From: Bispira polyomma
Taxonomy: Eukaryota
Length of the DNA stretch: 64,000 nt
Direction: 5' to 3'
Assembly (NCBI GenBank): GCA_965649765.1
Contig: OZ287748.1
Span: 62,682,001 to 62,746,000 of the forward strand
Part shown: positions 24,991-37,900 of the stretch, piece after piece
Layout: each line of letters begins with the position of its first letter
Numbering within the stretch: the stretch's first letter is position 1
Translations under genes and position numbers: made by a program
Notes under the pieces: model-generated
The model's input: only the letters and a program-made list of their open reading frames with translations
Told to the model about the DNA's origin: nothing
Database searches by the model: none

Positions 24991-27242
24991 AAGCGTCTGA
25001 AATAGCAGCCCTACAATGGTTGTTGTCAATGATTCCACCTACAAAAGTAAAACACAGCCCTAAGTTAGATTTAGTATGGGTTTAATGTAACTTTCAGCAA
25101 CTGTTATCTCTATACCACGTTGGGCCCAGCTGTTTTCCTAGGAAATGGCACAAACTGTGAAAGACACTGTGAATTAAAACAGTACTGTAATAACTGAATT
25201 AGCTGACTAGCTGGCTTAAATTATCGTTTTTTGTGTGTCCCCTGCACATTGGCATTATCTGTGGAAAAGTTCCCCACTGATAAAGGTACCTGTGTTACAT
25301 GCTGACCCTTATTGTTTTTTATTTATTGTAGAAAATGACAAAGCACATATATGTGAGGCATGTCAGTCTTTACAATGATTCATTCTAAAACATTTTTGTG
25401 TTACGTAAAGTCAGCAACATATCAGCAAGTTACTGGGGTTGACCCTGGAATGTCTTAGACCTATGAAATAGGAGCTCTGCTTAAACACAGTGCAATAACA
25501 TTGTCACGATAAGCATCACAATAATGTTCCCCCTGAAATAGCATAACCTATGAAAATAGTAAGATGTTCTTTATAATTAATTCTGTTATCATAGATGGCA
25601 GTACTAACTAATGAGCAAATTGTATAAAGGCAGTATAAGGCTTTGTTACAACATTTTAAATTGGTGTTAACATCAACTGAATTAATTCAAATTTATAACA
25701 TGTATTTTATCAATGGTAGACGACTTGATAATGTCATTTTTAACTTAGTCAGGATTACAATATATAATATTATTACATATATATCATAACAAAATAAACA
25801 CAGGCTGAATGTTACTGTTAAGTTGACCAGGTACCTTAATAATACCTTCAACTGTTAATGTTAACGTAAGCACATCACACTGGGCGAAGAAAGACTTTTT
25901 TTAGAAGAAACTATTTTATGTTCCTTAATGGGTTATGACACACATTAGTAATTTCCCTGGTATGACACAATTTGTGAAAACAGTTGAATCTGAGGCTTTT
26001 ATAGCTGCTCTAGAATAACAGTCAAATTCCCAGAATCGTTAAGACATCCTGGTTATACTGGTGTTCACAATACTGGTTGGGTCATAATACTGCTTGTTGC
26101 ATTAAAATAATTTTAGCGAAGAAAATTAATATTGAAAACACATGCTACTTCATGCCTCTGAATTAAAGTATAGAATGCTTTATTTCATTTCAAAGAAATC
26201 TACCTTTTAAACATTGAAATGTGCGTCGAAGGGTATTGTGACTCGACCCCGGTATTATGAACACCTATGTAGTATTTTTGACTGTCATGGTCTGACATGA
26301 CACATGCCAATTCTTTTTTTGAAGGGGGTGACCCAATTTATTTCATGGCTTAACATAAGCCATAAAGATGAGAACAGATAATGTTGAACTAGTCTAAGAA
26401 TAAGATATGGGCTAAAATCCAAAAATTCAGTAGACAGGGTTCGGCCATATAGAAATAGTGCTACCTACTATCTGTCACAGCATTAGAGTTTAGTGTCATT
26501 TAGAATCATCTTAAAATATTGTTTCCAAACAGAGTCACTTCTAGACATAATTCGGAAGCTATTGAAACTAGATGTCTACTAGGTAATCTAAGGTTAAGTC
26601 CATTCTGTAATACGTAAACTGAATCCCACAATCTGGAATTTGCAAGATATTCTTCTTGCTGGGAAGCAAAAGAGAAAAGCTTGTACTCTAAGGTTATGAA
26701 TGGATGGATTGGGTTATGTAAAGGCTTCTTTATTGTGGACTGAACAGCACATTTAATGTCTCCCAGCAAGAGGCAGACTTTGTACTAGGAGGACTACAAC
26801 AGCTAATGTTTTGCTGGATATGAACAAAATGTGAGCACTCACACATACATACACACACACCAACCCATAGCACTGCAGATGGCCTGCTAAAAGGTGACAA
26901 GTTCTCACAAAGACTGTAGTGCTGAGTTTGAATGATCTTTTACACAGAGAATACAATACAAAAAAAATGAGTGTTACATGTAATATATAAAGGGAAAAAA
27001 ACTCCTGAAATGTCAGCTGTAACATTTACATTTACAGTTTCATAAGAATTTAACTGATGGTTTTTCAAGAAAACTAGAATTACCAATTACTACTTAGTGA
27101 GCATTATTCCTCCATACTGAAGGACATTCCTGTGTAAAGGACTTTTTTTAGGCTAGCTGCAGTCACTAAAACCCACATCACAGGTGACTGTCATCATTTC
27201 GTAACACGTTTACTTTTCCTAAAACATAGCATTTGCCAGTAC

Positions 27243-27452
27243 ATGGGTTGTCATATACTTGTCTGAGGTCATTAACTTTTTTAGAGCTTCTTAAATGTTA
27301 GTAAAAATTTAAAATTCTTGATAACTTTTAAGTAAATATTGTTTAAAGTGAAGTAAATCTGTCTTTCAAGGATATTTTATAATAGCTAAAGTTTTGGAAA
27401 AATATTTATGAAAGGATAAAAAATGGACAAGTTTTATGATTATAACAACCTG
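27243..27452. mobile_element. MITE family with (GG)TTGTCATAAACTTGTCC termini; copies at about 37872-38097 and 57155-57362
   Basis: Doubled tcataaacttgtcc / ggacaagtttatga inverted ends; shared aagtaaatctgtcttt core. Confidence 0.65.
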
Positions 27453-28553
27453 TGTACAACAAATGTGTAGTAATGAGGGATAGTAAAATAATAATATAAA
27501 GGTGCTACTGCTAACTGCTTGCCAACCGGACATCATACCTTCAAAATAAGGCAGGGTGTTGACTAGTAGTCAACAGTCACTCTTGCAAAAGGATTAATCA
27601 CCTTACAAAAGTACAAGCTTTTCAGTTTTACTTCATTTTTGTTGCTTCAATAAAGAAGTAGTGCTACTATAAACATGTATGAGTAATCAGTACATCTTTG
27701 TAGCAACTTACGCTTCAAAACAGCTTGTACTCAAATATATAGAAATAAGGTTTAAAACATGGTAAACCGATAACATTGTCATAATACTAAGCCATAAAAT
27801 ACTCCAAATAGCAATGAAAATGGCCAATTATTTTTCAAAATTACAAAATAACATTGATATCAATTATCAATTTTCCATACATGTTAATCAAACAATGACA
27901 ATAAATATGATAAAGTCTTTTGCTTTGATAACCTAGTTTTAAAACATTTCTCAATGTTTTTTTAAAAACTATTGACTTTTAGGAACATGAAAAGTATCTA
28001 CTATTATTTTCAAAAAATAAATTACGGATGATATTTCTCCAAGTCCTATATATTTTTGAGAACCTAATTCCTATTCAAATCTGTTCGTACATTTTACATA
28101 TTCCCTACTGCTCAAGTACAGTCAACCAGCACCAGTAAATGTCATTCTGCAAACCTGAGACCACAATGGACGGAATAGTAAAAATTATGTCCCACTGAAA
28201 ATGTCAATTTGTAAATAAACTGGGCAATTGTGAAACCTAATTTGCCAAAATTGTAAATTAATGAAATTTTTTTCAAGCTAAAATTTCAACTTGTACAGTA
28301 TAGTTGAACTCCTTTAATTCAAAACTTAAGAGACCAAGAGAAATAACTCTACTTAAGCCGGATTTTCATTTAACAAGGTAGATTTTAAAAGGAAAAGCCA
28401 TTATTGTAAGACAGTCACTACAGATTTTTCTCCACATATAAGGGAAGTCTACTTGACATAGTTCTACTTAAATAGGTTTGACTATGCCCAATGTATATAT
28501 ATATACATTTTTTTGTTTTGAGTTATTAGCCAAGCAGACTTTAATTGTGGTAC

Positions 28554-28747
28554 CTGTTAAGAACTCAAAGGAAGCCTTAAAGCCCATGCCAGGTTCTGTG
28601 GCCTTATCTGTGCTGAACTCCAGTAAGAGCCTGGGATCTTTGGTCTCCAGGTCAATGGGTACATCTGTCCCACAGATCACGCAGTCTGGAGCCTTTGTCG
28701 TCATATCCTGTCCATTGAGGTAAGCACTCAGGTAACCATTGTCACAC
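28554..28747 (-). CDS. Exon (194 nt, phase 2-1): second half of CUB-b (RCDNGYLSAYLNG...ICG...LLLEFSTD...GFKASFEFLT)
   Basis: Acceptor ttcatttcag|, donor CAG|GTACCA; CUB C-terminal motifs; ORF 28468..28704. Confidence 0.92.
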
Positions 28748-29294
28748 CTGAAATGAAGTGTTTATTCTGCAGCACATATATACATAGGTGTGACAAAATA
28801 CATACTTAGGAGTGGTATTCACAAAAGGTCTGGGCTTCGATTTTTGTCTTACATCTTGGCCTGACCATTTGACCTAAAAAGTATATACATATTTTGACCT
28901 AGGTATGTGACCTAAAAAATTCCGATTTTGACTTTGATATGAGAAAGTTAGGATTTTGGTCTTGGAATTTGACCCCAAAAATATCAGAATTTGTTCTTTG
29001 TTCTTGTGACATAAAAAAATTGTAGGGATTGTTACTGATACTAACAAAAATTTAGGCAGTCTTAAATATTTTATTCATCATCAGCCTAAGACTAATCAAT
29101 TTTTGAATATTACCTCTTCTTGGTACACATACATATTAGTACATACATAAGAGTAACCTTAAATATTGTAAATCGTGTATATATATTTTAGCCATTTTTA
29201 ACCACAAAAATACAAATGCTAGAATAGGCATTCAGGGGTTAAAAAAGATTTGATCAACAAACTTTGTGTCCCAAATGTGTATTTTACTATTGTT

Positions 29295-29643
29295 TTAGTC
29301 TATGTCTCCACAAGTACTATTTTGACTGTACCATATACGATTTGCAATTGCGATATGTTTCCTCTTTATAAATTATACACAACTCTCTCATACAAAGAAA
29401 CCCACTGTACTGGTTACGATTACAATAGAAGTTTTTGCTCCCATATGAGCGGAAATTTACGCAATGCACAGAAAAATCGCACAGAAGAGATGTCATGATA
29501 ATATTAAGTCTATATTAAATGTTGGCGCCAAAATTGTATATGTGTGTTTCAAAGCGTACTTGTGGAGAAAGAAACCACACGTTTTTATCATAAATGGTAC
29601 GATCGTACATCGGCAGATAGTACTTGTGGAGATGCACACTTAA
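29295..29643. mobile_element. MITE with a perfect 16-bp inverted repeat (tctccacaagtactat / atagtacttgtggaga), possibly Harbinger-like
   Basis: Inverted repeat at 29305-29320 and 29617-29632; TTA-like flanks. Confidence 0.65.
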
Positions 29644-31639
29644 AATAAATGTCTCATCTATTTTAGGAACATTCTACTATCTGAATAAAATATTTCTCAC
29701 AAAATACATAAGTGTAAAATAATTCTTAACAAAAACAAATTATAACATATAATTATTTTATGTGTCAAGAACGATATTGAAGGCAAAATAATTTTAACAT
29801 TTGTCTATATCTGGACATGCAAAGAAACTGGAACAATTTTTCGAAACAAAGAGGTTTGCCAAATGAAAGACCCTGGGAAAAGGAACACTGCTAAAGGTTT
29901 ACATGCATGTGAATTTATCACTAAAACACCTTTAAAATGTTATTTTATGATGAAGAAGCCTATTAATTTTAGAAAATACTTTTAAATTTGTTCTGTTCTA
30001 AAAACCCCAAATAAGGCTCTGTTCAATTTATGACATTTATGTTTTTGCTACCAACTGATTTTGCCAACATAGAACCCAAACAATAGATAATGTTAAAAAA
30101 AATTTATCCACTATTGGATAATAAAGGGCATTTTAGTTTAATATTATCTTATTATAAAAAACTTCTTGAGAAAATCCAATGTATTATCACATATATTACA
30201 TTTATTAGTATTCTGTGAATAGTAGAGTGACACAAATATATTTCAGATGTTCAGAATGTTACATAGGGTTGATAGGAGTAAGCCATATTTTTGTATGCAA
30301 ATGATGCCTTGTGAAATACCATGCATCCAGTTTGTAAACATAATATACTGCACAAATACAGGGTGTTCATAATTTAAAATTTAGTTTTATGTTGCTGGAC
30401 TTGCTTAGGCCATATCACAACAACCAGATTTAATGGGTGGAAGAAACCAGTGCTAAATCACAATATACAACGAACTTACGGAAATTACCTGACAACCTAC
30501 AGGGTATACAGAGAACTTAATAGTTTCAGGGAACTTCGAAGGCCTATCTGTTCCTTTGACTTGGACATCAGATTACAGTGTAGGCCACTCTTTTCTGGCT
30601 TAAACATGCACTAACAACCAGATTAAGTACCAAATGTCAATCTCACTTCACCGTGTCAATCTTATTAAAAGCGGGCTAACAATGACTGCAAAAACATTTC
30701 TGACTTTGGAAAGTGACCCTTTATAAACTTTTAATACCAATGTGCCCAGAGTGATTGCAATATTGTTTGTCCAGCGATAAAGTGATAGTGAATGTCAAAT
30801 CTCATGGCTAAGCAGTGTGTGTTAATAGACATCATGCCATCACCAGTGGCATAAACGTATGTTATGGCTAATGTAATCTTACGATCTTTTCAATCTTTAT
30901 TGCAATCATTCCATTGAATGCTAATATTTTGTCTATTGCATCTACATGTATTAAAAATACCCCAGTATAGCCCTACATTTTGTCCTCAATAAAACTTACA
31001 ACAGAATTACCATGGCAAAACTAGAAGAATAGATATCAACCATAGAGAAATATTTTAAATTTATATTTAGTACATTCTATTGTAGTTGCTAAGGTTGATA
31101 TCAACTGCAACAGTTTCAACTAAGGACATCTCTAGCAACAAGTCAAATTGAATTTCACAGTTTTTGAAATATGAAATCATTGTTGTTAATCCATGCTGGT
31201 TGAATGCAATTGACCACAAATAGTAGAAAAGACTATTGCAACCATAGCATTATACTGGGACTGTCATATGAACAATCTTCTGCTTACTTTCCAGAATGCC
31301 ATAACCATGCTTGAATATGTCTATGTTTGTATATCATTCTATCACTCGAGACCCTTGGTAGCCCTTGGACCAACTGAAAACCTCTCATCACCAACAAAAT
31401 CATGATATTGTACCACTAAAATGAATGATGACGTGTCTTGTTTATTCCCAACCCCCACCTTCGTTACGGAGCAAATTTATCTGTTATTTGGCAACCAAAA
31501 ATCAGTCTTAAAATATGTCTTTGTACATGTAAAAATTTGGGCCCTTAATATGAAGTATATTTATCTAATTTCCATTATGTTAGTAGAGTTTTAAAAATAG
31601 ATAGCAAGCAATTATTTACTATAGTCGAGAGAATGTTAG

Positions 31640-32985
31640 CTACGGAAGAGTATAAGGGCCAACTTTTTTTTTTTTTTTTTTTTTGAATTGCCGAGATAAT
31701 ATCTCGATAAATCGAGCTAATTTTAAAAAAAAAAAAAAAAAATTTGAATTGTCGAGATAATATCTCGATAAATCGAGATAATTTATAAGAATTTTTTTTT
31801 TTTTTTGAATTGTTGAGATAATATCTCGATAAATCGAGATAATTTAAAAGAATTTTTTTTTTTTTTTTTTGAATTGTCGAGATAATATCTCGATAAATCG
31901 AAATAATAAAGAAGATTTTTTTTTTTGTATATTTTATTTTCCAGTGTACAATAGTTGATAGCATGGCGTTTGGGCATTTTAGTAAATTATGTATATAACG
32001 CATTTGTAACATAGTACATACTACAAGTAATCCCTTAAATATAAATGGCAGTTTATTTCAAAAGGTAGCCCTTAAGGTTGCCTCAACTAAAACTGCTGAG
32101 TTACTAGTAAAGATTTAAGTAACTCAAACTAAATGTAAGATGACCTTAAGTCTCTTCTTTACTAGTAGTATGATATAATGGGTAGATGACATTAAGTCAT
32201 TCTACTTTTCCTAATTAAAGTTAACCTTAAAAGCATGGTTATTATAGTTAATGTTAACCTTAAAGTCATTCACATTATGTTGACTTTAAGTCACCCTTGG
32301 TAATTTAAAATGGTAATTCTCTATAGTTTAGTAAGGTGACCTGAAAGTCACTGTGTTATCTATACTCATGGTTAACCTAATTATGTTAAAGTGGCCCTAA
32401 CTTCTTGGTCACCTAAAATTGTAATTGGTAGATAAAATGATAAATACTGACCAATTTTGTTGAAATTGACTTTTGTTAAAAGCCTGATTAACTACTTTTG
32501 ACCCTAACTCTGACTGTATCTTGCCCTGATTAACTACTTTTGACCCTATGACTGTTTGCTGATTAACTACTTTTGACCTCTATGACTGTTTGTGTCTAGC
32601 CCTAATTAACTACTTTTGACATCTATGACTGTTTGTGTCTTGCCCTGATTAACTACTTTTGACCCCATGAGTGTTTGCTGATTAACTACTTTTGATCTCT
32701 GTGACTGTTTGCTGATTAACTTTGACCCGATGACTGTTTGTGTCCTTTTCCATGTTGGCTGTTCAGTTGGCCACTCACACACCTTCCTTCTCCATGGTGG
32801 ATAATTAATATGGTGACAATTAAAAAAAAATCCTTTTAATTATCTCGATTTATCGAGATATTATCTCGACAATTCAAAAAAAAAGAAAAAAAATTTTTTT
32901 TTCTAAATTATCTTGATTTATCGAGATATTATCTTGACAATTAAAAAAAAAACAAAAAAAACGTGGCCCTTATACTTTTCCGTAG
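31640..32985. mobile_element. Non-autonomous DNA transposon: 22-bp TIR (CTACGGAA(G/A)AGTATAAGGGCCA), TTAG target duplication and subterminal TCGAGATA repeats
   Basis: Left TTAG|CTACGGAAGAGTATAAGGGCCA, right TGGCCCTTATACTTTTCCGTAG|TTAG; 4 left and about 2 right inverted copies of gaattgtcgagataatatctcgataaatcgagataattt. Confidence 0.85.
32482..32745. repeat. Minisatellite with 30-43 bp units (ctgattaactacttttgaccctatgactgtttg), about 7 copies
   Basis: Directly visible tandem array. Confidence 0.9.
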
Positions 32986-33654
32986 TTAGCATATAACCAT
33001 GCCTGCAATTAAGTTATTAAAAGGCAGTTGGTTAATAGAAAACAGCCTCATTCCAAACAAGTTTTTTGAAAAGCACATACTTACATCATTATAGAATCTT
33101 CAGCTAAATCTTGGAACTTATAGCTTTAACAAAATAAGACAGAGATAATTAATTCTCTAAACGTCCAGAATTGTCAGTATTACCACTGGTTGAAAAAATC
33201 ATCAATTCTTCCATTTAATATGTCACAGAAATCTAAGGTGCCATTTTATAGTTACATTTGGATTTTAAAAAACCCTTTGTGTAAATTTTAAGTCACACTA
33301 AGTAACATATCAAACAGCTTTGCTCCAGCAATAAATAAGTTGCAAACTTAAGTTGCAATGTGCAAATATTCAGACTTGTGCTGAGAACAGACCAAATGAG
33401 TCTACTCAAGTTTTGAAATTTAGTATGTGCCATTTACTCATAAACAAAAGTAAACATCCTTATATACAGATTAAAAATAGCAAAATAAGCAATGAGTTAC
33501 ATTTATTATTGAAGAAATGTTGGTAGTAAAACTGGTCGATTGCATCTAACTTATCCCTAAAGGCCTTACATACTATTTCTGAGATTTCTGAGCCCTTTTC
33601 AGAATAAAAACAACATGAGGTTGTGTCTGATAAAAAGATCACTAATTTGCATAC

Positions 33655-33838
33655 CTTTCATTCACAAAAGGTACGTCAAAGGTTTCAAAGGTGAGCCTTG
33701 CTTTTTCCAGGTTCTGCCTGTCTACCAGTCCATCTATAAAGTAGCGACAAATCACATTCACTGGGTATTTGTCTGGGTAGTTGGGACTTACAATGGTACC
33801 ATTAGATTCACCCATGCTCAGGATCCTTTGGTCACACT
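33655..33838 (-). CDS. Exon (184 nt, phase 1-2): first half of CUB-b (ECDQRILSMGESNGTIVSPNYPDKYPVNVICRYFIDG...FETFDVPFVNE)
   Basis: Acceptor ttttgttttcag|, donor AG|GTATGC; SPNYP..YP....C motif; ORF 33642..33848. Confidence 0.93.
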
Positions 33839-34034
33839 CTGAAAACAAAAGTAAATGGTTGGTTAATGCACCAAATCCTAGATCAGACTAAACCAAACAT
33901 GGAAATGCCTTATATTATGTATTCTTAAATTGTATTCTACTGTGCTTTATTAATGCAAGGCATCTTGTAAAGTGCAACAACTGAATCAATCAACCAATAA
34001 TATGTCCTACAACATGGCCTAGGTTGTCATCAGT

Positions 34035-34210
34035 AAGCACAGGGGTGTTCACATCTTGCCCAAGAATGTTACTCTACCAATGAACCTAGCAGCATCAGCT
34101 GGAGATGAACCCGGGAACTTCCAACCACCAGAATTAAACTCCCCCAGTGGGAGTTGAATCGTGGACCTTTTGATCACCAGACCAACCCCCTAACTAGTAG
34201 GCCACTGTGT
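34035..34210 (-). mobile_element. tRNA-derived SINE-like fragment
   Basis: Reverse strand: agtggcctactagttag (A-box-like) ... gattcaactccc (B-box-like); cttgcccaag core motif. Confidence 0.45.
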
Positions 34211-34734
34211 TTGAGTCATAGGAGACAAAAGTAAAGTTGGTGCTTACTATACCTACAGTTTTAGTTGAAAGAAAAGTGCTTTGAAATATCCTATGATATA
34301 GTAGAGTGATGCAATCAATGTTATACACAATAATTCTGTATATACATATGTTTAACAAATAATAAAACACTACTTCAATCGAAATATATAACAGACCCAT
34401 AAGATTTACGGTAAAATAACTATAAATCTGTACAAACAAATAATAAATTTAAAATTTGTTACTAGACCCTATCCCTGATACCAATTGCACAACCTGCCTA
34501 TTTGGGGTCTTAATAATAACCCCACTTGTTAGTTCAATAAGCTACTAACATAAGTAATTCACAAATATCAACCAAACCAAATTTTTTGGCCCTTCGGGTA
34601 TAAGAGACCTCACATATAGTTCGTCTAAACAAACAAAAAGAAGTCTGTGAAGACTACTGTACAACTGTTGACAAAGCATTCATAGGGTGGACACTACTTC
34701 AATCAAATGGCAATCCATATTGCATTATGATCTG

Positions 34735-34984
34735 TCCAGTATGCTTTCCTTTAAATGTCCAGAAACCATTTTCAAGATGGCGGCCATCTTGTTTTTCGTA
34801 ATGGGTCCAAACACAATCCAAAGCCAGCTATTGAGTTGATACATCTCCACAACAAATTTGGTGATGATAGCTGCAATACTTTTCCTTTAAATGAGCGGTA
34901 ACAAAGTGTGACGGCGGATGGCGGACAGCAGCCGGAGGATGGCGGACGCCAGAAAAAAAAGCAAAAATAATATGTGGACATAAT
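34735..34984 (+). mobile_element. Helentron-associated (HINE-like) element 3' portion
   Basis: caagatggcggccatcttg palindrome, aaatttggtgatgatagc, a gacgg/ggcgga microsatellite-like block and a ggacataat end; CpG-rich relative to background. Confidence 0.55.
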
Positions 34985-37900
34985 TGTACACCAATCACTA
35001 GTAACAGATCAGGGAGATACCACTAGATCATTAACAAGACCAGACAAAATATATTGTTGGCAAATGTATAATACCATTTACACTGTGCTCTGTTTATATT
35101 AATGTAAATGGAAAAAAAAAATATTAAAAAAAAAGACAAGACCAGACAAACCTCCCGAAAATGGTTTCTTTTTTAAATACATCCTGACTGGCAGTAAAAC
35201 ACTATACAATGTATATATATTGTGATAAAAAGTTACCAGCCCCCCCAAAAAAACAAAAAAACAATCGTGATCACATTTTATTGCTGAGGCAGCAGTCTTA
35301 TGGTCTCTATTGTTACGACTACTGAGGGTCGATGAGCAAATTATTCTTTATTTGGGAAATAATTGTTCCTCTCATTTTAAGAGATTCATTAAGTTTTTTA
35401 GATGTGAAGATAAATTGTTCAAATGATGAGGCAAATCAGAGGAGGCGGAGTGAAACACCAAGGATCTACTAAAACACCCCCCCCACCCCCCTTCAAACCC
35501 CAATCCCTGCCCCTCTCCTCCAGCACTTCCTGCCTGCCCCCCGCCCCCCCCCCCCACCACTTCCAACACCCCTCCTCTCCCCTAAACAAATGGTACATCG
35601 CCTTTATTACATTAGTGATGATAATCCCCAGTATTTGAGGTACTCAGTCCCCTGATTTGCTCATTATCTACACTTTAAAGACAAGATGAAAAATCTAGCA
35701 CGTCCTACCCTTCCTGCCCCTACTACTCCCCCCTGGGGGGGTTTAATACTGACTGACACAGACGGACAGCGAGGTTGGGAGGAGGAGGGATAAGCTCTTA
35801 GCAGTTTGAGTGCCAAAAGTACTAATTACAGAGGTGGGACTTCCTAGAGAATCATCCAATTATACAGCTGAAAATGATCTCTGTGGGGGAAAAAGAGACA
35901 TAAGGATGTTCTGGTTCATGTGACAGAGTGTGTGTGTGTGTGTGTTCATGCATACTGTATATTGTGTCTATAATAGTGTGTAGGAATGTATATATAGAGA
36001 GTGAGAGATGGGGCAAATAGCCCAGATAGGAACTATATAGAGACAAATCAATGGAAATCTCTAACACCAGGAATAATTTGGGGGAGGGGGGTTTTCTGTT
36101 GTATTGGACTGCTTGCTGTAGATCAATAATCAGATCATGTCACATCACTGGACCAATTCAGAGGGAAAGGGCCCCAAAAAGACCACACAAAGAACCGCTG
36201 AATATATGCTTCTTGTCTACATGTCTAAATCTTTCAAATCTTTACTTTATGATCAATAAAAAAGATTAAAAGGAATTAATGACCATAAAATGAGCAATTT
36301 AGTGTTTAGATTAAGGCGTGCTTCAAAATGGTATTAACAGATTTAGTAGTATTGAAAGTTAAGAGCTTTATATTTTAAGACCAAGCAATATCAAAATTGG
36401 CTTTTCTTTCTGCTGGAACATTTAAGCCAACAATCTATCACTGAGTAACAATGGAGAATATCCGACCCTTGTGTGTACTAACAAAATTTCCTGTCAAACT
36501 AGCTCCAATTGCTTATTTGTGTGACACATACACATTAATGTAGACATCAACAATGGTAGCCAAGAATGTTAGTAACCAAATTATACCACTTACTGCCCCT
36601 GTCAAGTAGAGATAATGTGATGAAACCCATTGAGATGAAAATCACTAGATATGGAGCCAGTACAGCCCAAGACTTTAAAACTGGACAATAAGTTTTTGCT
36701 GGCAATTAAGGAACAGAACAATCCCTATATTCAAAAAATGTTTGCACACAAATCAAGTACTGCACAGCTCTTGCAATGAGTTTGTGTCATCAGTTTGGTC
36801 ATTAAGTACAAGAAAGCTATACCTAAAATAAAGAATACTAGTCACTTAACAAAGTTCTTATTAAAGTTGTAATCCATTGCTATGATCAATGTACTCTAGA
36901 AATACTTATTGTATTAACTGAGATACTGTTACCTCTACATTTCTGGTCTTAAAAATTGGTCACAACGTTAATTGTCAAGCTATAATCTCAGTTAAACTGG
37001 GTTTTTTTTGCCCAATGACCAACCCACTGTAAATGTTAAGGATGCATGGCCTAAAAGTTTCTGAATAAATTTGTAAGATATATGACCTTAGGCAAGTTAT
37101 TTTAACCTTAAAAACACATGTGAGATCCTTCAATATAACTCAGACACTTTATTTTGAAATGCATAACATGTAGTCTAGTGAGAATAAAATACTAATTTAA
37201 AGTACAATCCAAATAAAGCTAAATTTAGGGTTAACCTAAAATGTTTGGTTTAAAGCTTATGCTTTTCTTATTCAAACCTAAGTTGTAGTACACTGCTATA
37301 TTAATAGTAGATATAATATGATGGAAGAATTATGTCAATAGAATGTATCAAGTAGAGTAGAACCTCTATTATCTGAACTTCTATTATCCAAATATTAAAT
37401 TTTTAGAGGTCATTTTATATCTCCGAAAAAGTTTCTTCTTTTGTTTTGCACTAAATGACTTTTCTATTTGATGAACCTTCTATTATCCAAACAAAATCTT
37501 GCTCTCCCAAAATGTTTGGATAATAAACATTCTACTGTATCTGAAAGAATAATAATCTGTTCTAATAATAAAATGTCCATAAAACAGAAGAGGTAAATGT
37601 ATTACAGTATAAAGCAATAAGAAAATATAAATTTAGGAGAGGGAAACTGTGAGTTCAACAAAATTGAATTTATCTGAAATAACTGAAAGTCGGAAAATTA
37701 AAGTTTCGCTGGATGTACTTCTTTTGGAAAGAGTTTAAACATGGAATTCCAACAGAAACATATCCAATCAAGACGTCAAGACTTATTGGTAAACCATTAT
37801 TAGTGCTGTTGTTCTGTTTTTTTTTCTTTTCTCTGCTAAGATCAATTCTAATATAGATGCTACAACGATCTTCTTGTAATAAACTTGTCCGATGTCATAA

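Noticed and set aside
26506-26769. 87-aa ORF with faint resemblance to a piggyBac transposase segment (KKP..YKLFSFAS)
   Set aside because: No catalytic motifs; similarity too weak to support without a profile search
31680-31905. Repeat-spacer-like array resembling CRISPR
   Set aside because: The spacers are just poly-A/T runs, the array is mirrored at the other TIR, the context is eukaryotic and there are no cas genes
31575-32012. 145-aa and 64-aa Lys/Phe-rich ORFs
   Set aside because: Translations of the subterminal repeats and A/T runs of the 31640-32985 transposon
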